From: Paramecium tetraurelia
Taxonomy: Eukaryota
Length of the DNA stretch: 64,000 bases
Direction: 5' to 3'
NCBI GenBank assembly: GCA_000165425.1
Contig: CT868430.1
Span: 248,001 to 312,000 of the forward strand
Under the pieces are notes generated by a model. It made no database searches. It had not been told where the DNA came from and was given only the letters and a program-made list of their open reading frames with translations. This document shows, one piece after another, positions 1 to 14,275 of this stretch. Each line of letters opens with the position of its first letter. The stretch's first letter is position 1. A program made the translations under genes and the position numbers.

Positions 1-64
1 ACAATGCTGTAATAGTATCCTTATGTCCTTTTAGAGTTGTAAATAATGTTGGGTCGTCTTACAT
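1..64 (-). CDS. POC1: 5' end of a WD40 protein resembling centriolar/basal body POC1 (continues off the window)
   Basis: Code 6 gives MQDDPTLFTTLKGHKDTITAL, which resembles the POC1 N-terminus (EDPSLERHFKGHRDAVT). Only 21 codons are visible. Confidence 0.6.
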
Positions 65-419
65 TTCGTTTAATTTAAAATTCAAATTATATAATTAATT
101 ATTTTGTATGAACCAAGATTAAAAAACTATCATTTATTCTATGATTTATCTTTATCCTCAATTTAATTTGATATTTTTGTATGTAACTACCTCAAAAGTA
201 TATTCCTCTATAGTCTATTTTATCTATAACTATTATTATATTTGAATATTTGTAGAACACTTTCAGAAAAATGTTGTTAGCATTATTGAATATGTAATAT
301 GTAATTAAGAAGATCCGATATGGAGATAATTTTATACAATTCTCATCTGAAAAACAAAACAAGGATTTTATGGATATATATTAATAATATTTATAATACC
401 ATGTGAAAATATTAAATAA

Positions 420-1823
420 ATGTCCCAGAAGAAAAACGATTGTGAATTGATTTTAATCGACCCTTAAGATGATTCAGACATTAAACCTATGAAAATCTTA
501 AAAAAACTTGTTTCTAATGCAGGTGGAGTTAGATATCTTGTTGAATACAGCAATAATGAATAAAAGCAAGAAACAGAAAAATATATGAAAGAGAATTATT
601 AAGAATTGATAGAGGATTATAATTATTTTTCTGTCTGTGGTAGCAGATTCGATCAATTAACTTTGTAGAAGATGAGGGAAAATAATAATAAGATGTAAAA
701 TTTTGAGAATCATGCTAAATTACCTACAATACCATCAGATGAAAATTATCCAATTTTTAAAAGGCAAAAAAAAATAGATAAACAAATTGAAAAAAATATC
801 AAAGTCAATAACAATCAAATCTTACCATTACCTCAATAGACATAATAATAATTACAATAACAATAACAAATTCCTTAACAATAATAAATTTAATAACATA
901 ATAGTTTACTTTAGAATGAGAAATATTTAATTAAATAATAATAAGTTCAAAATTAAACCTTACTTTCATTGAAATCTGATCAAGGAGATAAAATTAAGTC
1001 TATTACACTAGAAAATGGATTATTTCTAATTCAATGGTAACCCAGACCTGATGGAAATGTACCTTATCAAGAGTATTACCATTATGACTTCTTAAAAGCA
1101 ACAGCTCCTACTATTTTATTATCATTTTTAGAGCAAGAATTCTTAAATGAGGACTAAAAATTTAAAAATCTTAAAAGATAATCTTATTAAAATTCAACCA
1201 AAGAAAATGATGATAATCCATAATATAAGGATAAATCAATCAATATCACTTAGACCGATAAATCCTAAGAAATAATTGAAGTCTAAAAGGAAGTACTAAA
1301 GGATGATCATCCGATTAAAAGAGCTTTTTAGTTCGAAGAAGTTAAAGAGCAAAAAGATAATTCTAAAGACATTCTGATTGATGACTTCTCAGTTGATGAT
1401 GCCTAGGAAGTTATACTTGATGAGAAATAGACTGCGGAACAAGAAAAAAAACAGTAATAATAAAAGAAAGGCATTATTCCATCTTTTAAACCTTAGGGAT
1501 CAACTTAGAAATCAAGAAAATAAATGATAGATAAAGCATAAGAGTTATTTACAGTGGAAAAAGCATAAGGGAAACTGGATGAAAAATTATCTCAAATGGA
1601 AAAGCCTACTCCCAAATAATAAGTAACAATAACTCAACCGAAATTGTCTAACTAGTCATTTCCAGCACAATTTGCTTAAGCTTAAGCTCCAGATGAATTT
1701 GAAATACTAGGTTCTTTGGAAAAACCTGAGGATAAATAAAATTAAAATTACGAGAAGGAACTTGAAGAATGCTATTCTGATGTAGAGTTACCTCATTTTT
1801 AATTTAATCAAAGCGAAATTTGA
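420..1823 (+). CDS. 467-aa protein with two chromo/chromoshadow-like segments and Q-rich and acidic linkers
   Basis: Intronless ATG420 to TGA1821 in code 6. Segments PMKILKKLVSNAGGVRYLVEYSN...KENYQELIEDY and KIKSITLENGLFLIQWQPRPDG...LKATAPTILLSFLE follow the chromo-fold pattern. Confidence 0.6.
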
Positions 1824-1925
1824 GAATTTTATATTTTATATGCAAATATCTTTTATAGAAATATTGTAAAATGATTAACTAACATATATAGATAAATAAA
1901 TAGGATAATTATTATTTCTAACCAT

Positions 1926-3861
1926 TCAGATGAAAAACTCATCGAATAAGTATACAAACATCTTAACGAATAATAAGTTGTCTATAAATTCTATATGAGC
2001 TGCCCTTCCTATCAACTTATCCAATTTTCTAAATATATTTTAGATATATACTTTTTTGTAATCAAAAAGTCAATATCAAATCTATCAATCCTTCTGCATT
2101 TGGATTATATATTTGAAACCATTTGATTGTAAAATAGATTCTTTGGGTCATTGGTTTCCTCAATGCTTTAAATTAAGGCTGACTGAATAGGTACATAATA
2201 ATCTTGATGAGATGATAGAATAACCACGTTATTAAACCATTCTAATCCCTCAAATGTGCTTAACTAATAAAGGTAGGTTGAACCTATATTCTTATTATCC
2301 TTTTAACTCAATTCTTGAAGAGTTTTGCATTTATTCCATTTTTATATCATCATTAATCCAGTATCAATAATAAAACTTTTGGATGAAGCATACCCACAAT
2401 GAGGAGTGCCCAAACTTATATAAGAGTGCATTTAGATTTAAAATTGCTTTAGCAAAGGCAAAGCTGCTCTAATAACGAGTCCTCCTAAGGAGTGTCCAAC
2501 AAAAGACAATTTGAAATCAAATACTCTTTCATGATTGATATAGTCAGTGATTTCATCGGCTAAATCTTAGGCTTATTATTTAATTGATTTATTGTTGACG
2601 AATTCATTACTTGTAGGCAATATCAACCTTATTTTATCCTAAAAACGAATTTTCAGAATTGCCCTCCAGTATCTCATATCATATGAGGTTCCTTAATAAC
2701 CATGAAGTAAAACAACGTAGTGATCTCTGAAATCATTCGACATTTAAAACAATCCCTATCTTTAGTAAGTGGTTCTAAAGAAAAATGGATGTGAGTTCAA
2801 TGGAATAATGGCTTCAGTATATATAATTCTCTAAAATTCAGTATTTTTTAAGGAGTGTCTTTTATTTTTTGCTAATTCTTGATTAACATGGGAAGAAATA
2901 TTTGAATTTTGAGAGGAATAGCTTAAAATGCAATTCATCCATCTTTATTTTATTTGTTCACAATAATCTTACTACAAAAGGGTAAGGAGATTTAGATAAT
3001 TGTCTTTTAAAATTGAAATTAATTCGCACCATAGGACATAGAGATCGTGATGTAAATCATAAAAACTCTAATAAGTTAGAATAGTATACTTAATTGATCT
3101 ACTTTATTAAATCAGGATTCTAAATATTATATTCTTAATCCTTGTAAGATAATTGAATGATTTTTTTGTCTGATTATATCTTTAATAATTAGTCAAGAAG
3201 GGAATTTCTATTTATGTTGAGTACATTTATAGTTTGATTAATGAAGGCATTAAATTGGAGTTTGATTTATTCTTCAACAAATCCTTTAGTGAATGATATG
3301 TTAATGGGAGTAGTAAAGATCTGAGTTTAGACAGAACAGAAATGGTTGGTATCGAAGTCGACAGGATAATACATTTAATTGTAATAATGGGGATTGGGCA
3401 CTTAGAATGAGGCATGTGATATGGGTTTCATTTTGGAATGTAAATGCTTTACATTTTAGGTGAAGTTTTGAGAATGTATATCTGGAAGTGACTTAATATC
3501 TAAGAAAAGTAAATCCATCTGGATTTGAATATTTGAATTTAATTAAATTTCTTCTAATCGGAATGCGCAACCAACATTAGTTAGCATTTCTTCATCCTCA
3601 TATATTATTAAAAATCCTTGAGAATAAAAATATTAATGATGTATATTTTCTGGATAACAGATGTGGTTTTCGTCAACCTCATTAACTGAGATGGCTTCTT
3701 GGCGAGTGGAATTGATAATAAGGTATGGCTAAGCTCCCGGCTAAGAGAATTTAGGTAGATTGTGATACCACAGAAACTCTAATTTGATAGATTCCTTATG
3801 TGGAGAGATCTATGTTGGTGAATTTGTGAAGATGAATTAAAACTCCGATCTATGTTTTCAT
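1926..3861 (-). CDS. FAM135/DUF676 putative serine hydrolase
   Basis: N-terminal FHKFTNIDL..QG motif, then HYVVLLHGYQGTSYDM, the nucleophile elbow SFVGHSLGG, and SLGTPHCG. Confidence 0.85.
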
Positions 3862-3884
3862 CTAATATATTTAATATTTAATAT

Positions 3885-4492
3885 TCATTTGTCTTGGACG
3901 GTCTTAATGAGCCATTCCATTCCTTCTTGTAAACCTTCTTGAGTTTTGGCTGAACATGCGACAATAGACCATTGTCTGTCTGTGATTTTATTTAATTTCA
4001 AACTATCAGAGATCTTAATTAGATGGAATACTAACCTCGTCAGCAGGAAGGGCTTGCACCAAGTCTTGTTTATTTGCAAATACCAAGAGGGGTACTTTCT
4101 TGAGTTCAGCCTCTCCAAGCAATTTATCCAACTCCTTGCCTCCCTCTTCCAAACGCATTTAATCAGATGAATCAATCACAAATACCAAAGCATCTGTATT
4201 TTCATAGAAGTTGCTCCAATATTCTCGAAGTTTCTATAAAGTAGTTTTGGATTTACCTCCTAACCTCCCACATCCCAAACATTAAGTTTAAATCCTTCGT
4301 GTTACAAATTTTTAATGTTAAAGCCGTGAGTAGGAGCAATCTGATTTATATCTTCATTTGACAATGCCTTCAAAATAGTAGTTTTTCCTGCATTATCCAA
4401 ACCCAAGACAAGGATTCTTAATTCCTTTTCTGACTTCTTAATCTTTCGAATGATATTAAGCAAACCCTAATTAAGCATTAAACTCATACCAT
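3885..4492 (-). CDS. ARL3: ADP-ribosylation factor-like GTPase of the ARL3 type
   Basis: [40 protein letters not shown] and FANKQDL. It has three short GT-AG introns, the first (4467-4489) directly after the ATG. Confidence 0.88.
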
Positions 4493-4559
4493 CCTCTAAG
4501 ATTTATTTTATTATTATTATATTTATTATGTAATATTTTCCGTTGCATATATTAATAAA

Positions 4560-5457
4560 TCATGGATAAAGAGGTTTATCTTCGCTCAGATGAGAACTTG
4601 AAAGATCTGGATGATGTACTGGATAAACTGTCTCCTTCACTCTAAAACCCTCAAAATCATAGTATTACCTTCCACTTGACTTGTCCCTAGCAGCAACACG
4701 CTTTTTGGCTTCATTGATCTCCGCTTGAGTAATATTGGTGTATCTTTCATCTGCCCACATTGTATCGGGTCTAAGATTGTCTCTGTGTCCATCAGCCCAA
4801 GTCTTGTCCGAAACGTCTTTGACTGTTCTACCCTATTGTTTCAATGATCTGCCCATACTTTGTTATAGGGAGACACCTCCAACACAGAACGATACTGTAG
4901 TGTTTGGATGGCTTCGATCTTATCAAGTTGCTTCTTCTTCTCCTTCAATCCTTCCAAAGCCCATTTTGGACAAATCGATATAATATTGTCAGCTTCTTCT
5001 TGACACTTTGTCACTCCATTTACACTCTGGCATCGTTTAAATTACTCGATCTATCTCACACAACCTCGGGGAAGTGCTTAAGCTCTAATTGCCAATGCTG
5101 TAAACATGGGAGCATCTCTAGAGCAATTACGATTTCTAATTACTTTCTTGTTTGCCAACCATGATTGCTAAAGTGTTATTCACTCAAAGGATCGTAATGG
5201 GTTGGGAAGAAGACACTCCAATTTACTCTGTTAGGGTAAGGATCTGGAAAGTAAAATCCATTCCCATTTCTAATTCCCATACCCATACGCTTCTAATTAG
5301 GAATTTGCTGCATAGCAAATGGGTTATATGGAGCGATAGCCCTTCTCCACTTAGACAATGTATTGTTCAGTAGATTCTTTTTCACATTCAAGTATGGGTA
5401 ATTGGTCTCATAGTACTCAATATCCAATGGTTGACCGTCTGGGTTATCGTTCGACAT
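4560..5457 (-). CDS. ATPTT5: Ciliate-specific mitochondrial ATP synthase subunit, ATPTT5-like (Cx9C/Cx10C motif), 272 aa
   Basis: Three introns (26, 26 and 27 nt). Motifs FPTHYDPL, LPRGCVRQIEQFKRCQSVNGVTKCQEEADNIISICPKWAL and LRPDTMWADERYTNITQAEINEA match my recollection of Tetrahymena ATPTT5. Confidence 0.72.
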
Positions 5458-6247
5458 ATATAAAGATTTAATTAATTATTATGCTATTCAAAATTAAAAA
5501 CAACATGTGTAAACATTCGCAGATGTTCAAGTTGCCATCAGATCTCCGTATAGTTGATTATAGAATTTGCTATTGTTTCTCTAGAACAAGCTTCAACTTA
5601 CTGAATCTCATAAAGAATTAGAAAATTACCCACTTTATAAATCAATTAAAGGGATTTAAGAAACTTTCCACTACGGATATCACAAATTACCATAAATCCT
5701 CTTAATGATGCCCAAATAAATGCTATCATTAATTTACTTAAGTTGCAATAACAATTATTTTATGAATACAGTAACTTAGGAGCAGAAAGAAATTGAACAA
5801 ACAGTAAGAGGTAAAGGAATTCAAATAATTAATTTTATTAATCCTTCTCCCTCCTACTAAAATCTTTTTAATCTCTCTTTTGAGTGGTTTAATTTTTTAT
5901 AAATATAAAGTATTTTTTCTATTACACTTTTCATGTATTTTTAATCGATTATTTAAAAATACATATGTAAGTTAATAGAATTTTGTATTTCTTGGATTGA
6001 AAACTCTAATATCGCATTTTTGCTTTGTTTTTCTTAATAAGAAAATATATTTCCTACTTTAACAGATAGTAAATAACAGTTTATACTTCTAATAAACTTA
6101 TCTCATATTATATTTTGATGTTAGTAAGAATTATCTTGTAATTGATTCTAATTTATGGAAAGAAATAATTTATTATAGATTTAAAGAGGTTTATATAAAT
6201 TGTAGAATTATGGCAAATGTATTGATTTAATTTGAATATTATTATTA

Positions 6248-6936
6248 ATGTCATACCATTATCTCTTTAAGTTTATCATAATAGGTGATACAGGTAAAAA
6301 GAATTTGATAATTTGAAGCTGTTGGAAAATCATGCATATTGTACTAATTTTTGGAATAGAAATTTAGAGTGAAGCATGAGATGACTGTTGGAGTGGAATT
6401 TGGAGCCAAAGTTCTGGATTTGGATGGCAAATAAATCAAACTATAAATTTGGGATACTGCAGGTTAAGAAACCTTTAAATCTATCACGAGACAGTATTAT
6501 AGATCAGCTGCAGGAGCAATTTTAGTATATGATGTTACTAGAAGAGAATCATTCGAAAATGTCAGAGAATGGATCAAAGAGTGTTAAGTCCATGGAACAT
6601 AGGATATGGTGATAGTGTTGGTTGGAAATAAAGTTGATTTAGAAAAATAGTATAATATACATAATATAAATGGCGTAAAGTTTCCAAATCTGAAGGGTAG
6701 TAACTAGCGAATGAAAAAAACCTATTGTTTATTGAAACAAGTGCAAAGGATAATTTAAACATTATTGAAGTAATTTCTAATTTATATTTCAGACATTCTC
6801 CTAAGCAGCATCATAAGTACTCAAAATCGTTTAGAGAAATCAATAGAAGGGTGAACTACCAGGAGTCCGAGTAGGATAAGCAATTAACTAAACATAACTT
6901 TAACAATAGAGTTCGACTTCAAATGGATGTTGCTGA
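6248..6936 (+). CDS. Rab2-like small GTPase whose second intron has an abnormal acceptor
   Basis: [44 protein letters not shown] and a C-terminal GCC prenylation motif. Confidence 0.88.
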
Positions 6937-7302
6937 ATTTATAATTAATTATATATCGTTATTGCACAGAAATTATAAAATTTAAAAAATTGATGAATAA
7001 TTCCATCATTCTAACACGTTTTTTTTAAAGATCTAGCAATAATAGAATATACTGACAGTGATTAAATCAGTAAAAGAGTAATTGTTACTTTAAACTAATA
7101 AAAATAAATGCTAAATATTTTACTGATACATATTCTAATAAGTAAACTAGATCATACTAGAACAGAAATTAATAATTTTAAATTAATTAATATAACTGAT
7201 TATGCATTATATAAGTATAGTAATTTATATCATAAAAAGATAAAAGAATTTGAGAGTCTAAAAATCGTAGATATAAATTATATATAGATATAATGATATT
7301 TT

Positions 7303-7939
7303 TCAAATGACAACCAACTCAATCCAATAAAGATTAGGTTCAACTTACCATTTATAACCCTTGGCTTGATAAATTGATATATTCTGATTGTTTAAGTATT
7401 CAGTCACCTTATTCAATTGGGCTTTCTCTAGATCCATGAACTATGGTTCTAAACTCCAAGTCTTAGCAACAACAATTAAAGTAAGCACTTTGATAATATT
7501 ATTAATACATGCAGCTAAACAAAGAATAGCAACTGCAACATAGAGCAATGCTAATTTATCTCTACTTCCATAGATTAAAACTAAAAGAAACACAAAGGCC
7601 AAAAGGATTAAAAAAACTGAAACATAAAGGAGTGGTTAATATGCCTTAGTTGGATCTTTATGTTCTTCTCTTTATTTTTCTCTCCACAAGTTACGACAAA
7701 TACGAGTAGCTTCAGCCACAGTGTTATCGAAAGTCTATTTGTCTATGTTTCTACCCAACAATTTCTCATCGTAAGTCTTCCATTAGAATCCAACTCCCTA
7801 AGATTTAAAAACTATTCGTAGATACATCTTTGTTGGCTTTCACAATGAAACGCTCTTCACTAGATTGTGGAAACTCAAGTTTATCTATCTTTTGTGCTCT
7901 GGAAGCAAAATTAAAGTCTCCTCCTTTGGCTTTCTTCAT
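7303..7939 (-). CDS. Small membrane protein with two TM helices, possibly Erf4/golgin A7-like
   Basis: MKKAKGGDFNFASRAQK..., a hydrophobic pair LLYVSVFLILLAFVFLLVLIY and LALLYVAVAILCLAA, and the end IYQAKGYKWQVEPNLYWIELVVI-TGA. Confidence 0.6.
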
Positions 7940-7969
7940 TTAATTTAAATTATATACAATAATAATAAT

Positions 7970-10900
7970 ATGTATCAAATACTAAAAAGTGTCTCACATT
8001 TTTAGAACGAGTGCATTCTCACCTATTCGAAAGAGAAGCTAATAATATACACCAAAGAAATATTGCAACATATGCAAGTACTAACATCATGAGATTGTGC
8101 TTAGACTTTTAGGAATTATATGAGTGACATCGTGGCTGTGGCAACATCCAGCAAAGGAGTGTTTGTAGTGTTCTGTCAGAGAGAATTGATAGCGTATAAG
8201 CCTCTACTCAATGGTTGGGAATAGAGTTACAGTAAGAATTGCACGAATCCCATAAGAGATGCATTTTTCTCCTTTGATGGTATATATATCGTTCTATAAA
8301 ACAGATGAACATATTATTGGATGTTCATAAAATAAACTACATATTTGGAAAGCGACTCATAAGTAAAACAAATTACTTGGACAATTAGATTAATATGAAT
8401 TAATCGATCTGACCGAAATCTACACATTGGAATTGGAATACTAAATAGCAAATGTGAAATTCTCTCCAGATGTTCGTTATTTTACTACTCTTCATGAAAA
8501 CACTGTAATTGTGTGGGATTTCAATTCAATCAAAGAGGTTCAAGAAGGAGTGCTATCACAATAATAAAGAGTGAAGTTGGATCACTAGGATGAAGTAATT
8601 TCTTACAAGTTTCGAGGAACGCTTAGAATAGCTCCATCACCTTTCCCTACTCCCAATACTATAGTCACACTCACCAAAAGCAACCAATTAACAATATGGC
8701 AAGAAATGATCTAATGCAAGAATTTCTGTAAACTACACACTTTGCATTTTGATCAAATATCCTCCTTTTGTTTCATTTATCTTAAGGGATTAATACCATA
8801 CCCTTGGAAAAATGTTTATTTAGAATCAGATTAATTTGGAGTCCAGGATACTGAGTAATCGAGTGTTGACTATCTACTGTTACATTAAGAATGCGAATTA
8901 AGTGTGGTCAAATTAGATTTTCTTAGAAATTACTCACTTGAAGAGTCAGTTAAGATTATTAAGAAAACTAAAAGTGACGTCTTCAAATAAATCAAGAAGA
9001 TTCTTCTGGTAGATTAAATTGAAGGATAAAAGATAGAAATTATTGGATTTGATAGATTATGGAATTTAATTAAGATATGTGTTAACTTGAAGGATGATAC
9101 CAAACAAGTGTTTTAATGTGAAAAGTTTCTGTTTTAAAATATCATACACTTCTCAATCTGCAAGAATCAAGTGGCCATTATAAATGATTGGAATTACTTG
9201 TGTTTACAACAATTAAAATTGAACAGTGTAATCAGTCAGGAATACCATATTTCAGATGGACAATCTAAAATCTGGAAAATTAATGCCAATCTATCTAAAT
9301 GTAAAATCGATTGTATATAGTAGATTAGCAAATGTACATCACTAGGGACAAAGTAAAGGAAAATGATGTTATTCTACTCACTTCATCCAATGCTCAAAAT
9401 TGTTTGGCTTTCACTTTTTAGCAGAATTAACTATTAGAAGTACATATCAATCTCTATAATCATCTATCAAATGATTACAGAGATAAAATCACTGAACTGA
9501 GAAAAATTAACTACGAAATAGATGAATTACAATTATTAGTGATAGCAGCTTAAAAGGTTGCCTTAATTTAAATACAATTTGAAGTCTATGGCCATGGATA
9601 AATAGATTTTTAAGTTATAGAATTGAAAACATGGAAACTAGACTTCACTTATGAAAGATTATAGATATTACAATCAACTGAACTTTCTTTTATTTCCATT
9701 ACAGGGAAATAATTAAAGGGCTTTAATGAATAAATGCAGTAAATTGTTCAGATCTCTAAAAGTTACAATATCAAAGAGGTTGGATAATTAAGAGGAATCC
9801 AACCAATTTATTTTGTGATGAGTCATTAAAATGAAATTGATTTTCATTCCTCCTCAGGAGAATTCTTGGTTAGATTCAATCTTCAATCCTTTCTTGTCAG
9901 AGTTGACAAGGCTCTTTACGATGTTTCCAAAGTTATTGTGTAAGTTGTACCATTAACCAACTTTGCATTCCTTTTATAAACGGATAACTATTTGACTGCC
10001 TTCGCTATTCAATTTGATAAAAGTGATTAAAGCTATAAATTGTCATCGATTAAATAGTAAACAATTTAACTATTATCTTTAGAAAATATTTAAACAATAG
10101 GGAAGGAATCTATTGCAAACGATTGTCGAAATAATCTATGCCTCAAAATTACAGATTTTATACAATAAAGGACTGCCTGATAGTTAAAACAGGAAGAAAA
10201 GTCAAAGTGTTAGGCAATTCATTAATACGTTGTTTAGCAGATAAGTTTTGGATGCCAAGCACTTTAAGCTACAAATTAATAAATCAATAAAGTAATTTAT
10301 AATATTTAAAATTAAGATAATGTTTAATTGTAAGATTACGATTTTCTGAGTGAATTAATACAACTGGGTAAATTATAATTAGTACAATTTATTTTGAAGC
10401 TAATATGTCTGAAGTTTAAACATCATGGTGCCTTGGGAAATCATTTTATGGTTCCATATAAAAATTTATTAGAATTATATCAAATGACTTCTGAACCAGA
10501 ACCTTTATGGGTTGATGCAATTCGAACTTATGAAATGAAGAAATTGCAAGACAAAGATTCGTATGATTACACTTTACATCCAGTTGATGTCCTTAAAAAG
10601 ATTTGTTAAGAATATCCATTAAAAATTAACATAATCTTAGATTACTTAAGATACTATGAAGATAATTCGCGTTCATTAGATTTTTACGCTGCAATGTTTA
10701 TGTTCCATGTACACATCTTTAGAAATCAACCAACCCATAAAAGAAATAGAGTATTAAGTTCTAAAGAAGTAGTTTGGGCATTACATTCATTGTAAAAAGA
10801 AACACTTTGGTAAGAATGCATTGCTAGTTCTGATGATTTATCTTGGAATTTACTTAAAAGATACGCAACAGTACTATGGATGGATTTGTCATTTATTAAA

Positions 10901-13900
10901 TAAAGATTAGAAGAAATTGCATTGTAGATTTATAAATAATCTAAAGACCCGTTCTAATCATTATTGTACTTCATAGTTTTGGGTAAAAAGAGTGTAATAA
11001 CAACTCTTTTCAAAAAGGAAGTTAACTCTGGTAAGGAATACAAATCAACCTATGAATTTTTGCAACAAGATTTCACTTAACCTAGATGGAAATCAGCAGC
11101 TTCAAAGAATGCTTATGCCTTAGTATCTAAAAAAAGATACTAGGATGCAGCTGCCTTTTTCTTAATAGGAGGACATTTGAATGATGCAGTGAACGTCATG
11201 GCTAGATATATGGAGGATATCTAATTGGCTTACTTAACAACAAAGATCTATGAACCACAAGGTGGACCAGTGGGAGAATAATTGATCTAAGACTATTTTA
11301 TCAAAAGCGGTGAAGAGATGAACGATATTTGGTTATTGCATATTGGTTTCTATCTATTGGGAAGATACGTTGATAGTGTTAATGTTTTATTAAGAGAACC
11401 CGAACATCATATTTTAGAATATGATAATTTTGGAAAGGCTGTCTGCATTAGTTGGCCTGCTACATTTACTCCTTAGTTATCGTATTATCATCCATCGGCT
11501 ATTCTATTGGTTGAAAAACTCAAGGAAAATATAAACGTGAAAAGGGAAATTCAATAAAGCATTGATGCTAATAAAAAGAAGAGTAAGAAGGCAGAAGATG
11601 ATATCTTTTCTCAATTTTATGAAAGTGAAGAATCAGAAGAGGAAGAAGTTGTAGAATAAGTTCCAATTAAGAAGATAAATGATAACTAAGAATTCATCAA
11701 GTAATAAGCAGTAGAATATTATTACAACATCTAAATGCCATAATTAGGAATGATTTTTGCATAGGATTTAAATAAAGAAACAGAACAATCAGAGTAATTA
11801 ATCGAATTATAGATTGAAATGTACATAGTTTAGGCTATTGAAGATTAGGAACATTTCACAAATTATGTGCAATTAATGTAGAAACTTGATGATTTAGCAA
11901 ACTTTACATATCACAACAAAACAAAACTATATGACATTGCATTGAAGAAATTAAGATAATTAAAATCTCCTTCTCGCTTTCTTACCTTTGCAATTCATTA
12001 TGATTAGACAGGACTGGATGAGTTCATTTCCTTCTGTCAAGAAACCTAAAGTTTATTGTATAGAATATGTTTCGATTATCCTTTGTCTGAAAAAAGTTAA
12101 GAATATTATTTGACATTTGTTCAGAGTCTCTATGAAATCGATGTTGGATTAAAACTATTTTAATAATCCTAATATTATCAAAAGAAATTTGACAACAAAT
12201 TGAAATTGAACATCATTAAGTTATTGGCATTGTTCATGACTTTGATTTTGGCATTGGAATTACGCTTATGGGATAACGCATTTGAATAATTGAGAAAATT
12301 GGAGACTTTTTGTAATACTGTATACAAACAACATGTACAAGATTGTGGATATGAGAATTTGAGAGATGATTTCTGTGAGTTAGTAAAATCAGCAATTAAA
12401 AATAAAAGGCTATATTCCAACAAAGGATTCAAAGCATATAGAAATGTAGACATTTTATAAGAAGCCTATCCTGAAGATTTGTACAATGTTAGTGAATAGG
12501 ACTACATGTAAAAGCATAAACCAGCAACATCAGAATAAGAATAATAAAATTCATAACGATCTGACAGTCTTGAAGACTCATAACAATTAGATCTAAGTTA
12601 AGAAAAGACAACAGGGGAGGAGAATATTTAGAATTAGTTTATATATTTCACATTTCAATCTTTGATTGTAAAATACTTCTTGTCTATATCCAAGAGTTAC
12701 TTTAAAATAGAAATGTTCAATATTGCAATAACTAGTTATAGTAATATCTTTACAATGGCTGAATAATATGTGACCACCAGAAACGATATGGTAATCACTT
12801 TATTAAAGAATCTCTCTGATTTTTCATAAGAATAGAACTTTATTGAAGACCTTAGAATGGTTCTGAAAGAGTCTTCGTTTGCTAAAAGTCAATACTTTAA
12901 GCAACTTGAAAAGATCTTCAATCAAAATCAATTCTTTTAAATTTGTTAAAAAGTTGGATTGGATCAATATCTGGAGGAAATCTCAATCAATAGAACTAAA
13001 TAAGGGTTTAAATATCCCATAAGTAATTTTGATGAGTAATCGATAATCTCATTTAAAAATAAAATCTTTAAGTAAGGAGTTGAAGTATTTAAAATAAAGA
13101 CTGATCAAATAAAAAGTATGTGTATTAACAATGCTAATCCAATCGAAGGATTTGTATTATATGGCAAATTCCTAAAGCATATGAAATTTTATAACACTCT
13201 ATAACACAAAAATAGATCACTAGATGGCTATAATCTAGTAGAAGAAGAAACAATCGATGAGGCTATAAGGACAGAAGCATCTTAAACCAATAAACCTTAC
13301 ATTATAAAACTAAGTTCCTCGGCTTTGGGAATCTAGGTTGGATTGGATAAGGAGAAAGAACCTTATTTAAAATCAAGAGCACATCCTTATGAAGAATATA
13401 AAGATTTTACTGAAAAGGATTTCATGGAGAAGTTTTAGAATTGTTCCAGTAAATAAATTCCAGAAGAGGATTTACAGTGTTTGGCTTCTCATCCTCATCT
13501 GCCATTATTTTTACAAGGAGGAAAGGGAATGGTTAATGTAATGACATTTAAATAATCATCCCAAGTAGTAGCTGAATTCAATACTCAATAGAGAGATTAA
13601 ATTGATTCTCTTAAGTTTAACAATTCTGGTGAATTGTTTATTGGACATGATGTTAATAATAGTGCCTATATCTGGAAACTCAATAGAGTAAACAAACTTA
13701 ATACACCACTGTTTTTACTTAATAGTAAACTAAGACCTACTACTGATTTAACATTCATTAATGAGGGAACAGTCTTCGCTTCAATTTATAGTTCTACTAA
13801 TAAGCCTCATTTTGGTTTGTACGATATGTTATTGCCAGCTAATCGTAACATTGTGGCATAAGAGAATTTCAATGGCACAGACATCTTATTTTCTACTCCC

Positions 13901-14275
13901 ATGAATTCAATTTTGATAGGAAATTAGAAAAAAGGAACTGTCAATTTCTTGGACATCAGAAAAAACTAAATCTATAAAACACTAGAAGTAATTTAATACA
14001 TTCATTATTAAGTTACCTTTCACAGAAATCAAATTTATGAAACTGAATCAGTATCAAACTTCATTAATTTGTGCCTGCAATGATGGACAAATAAAAATAA
14101 TAAATTTAGAAACGTTATCAACAATTGTAGATTATAAACCATTTAGATAAGGTAAAATGAGATCCATATTATTATAGATAAAAAGCAGTAGATTATGGCT
14201 TTAACGTAAACTGAGAATGCTACGTATGCAGCATCATCCGATGGAGTTATATCATTAGTATATTTGAATGCATGA
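7970..14275 (+). CDS. RAV1: RAVE complex subunit Rav1 / DmX-like (rabconnectin-3 alpha) WD40 protein
   Basis: The Rav1p_C signature FLQQDFTQPRWKSAASKNAYALVSKKRYQDAAAFFLIGG lies near 11060-11170, flanked by N- and C-terminal WD-like regions (ASHPHLPLFL). Several short introns. Confidence 0.88.

Noticed and set aside
108..419. Upstream ATG108 as a small gene or extension of the 420-1823 gene
   Set aside because: It hits TGA early and no plausible splice joins it in frame to the downstream ORF.
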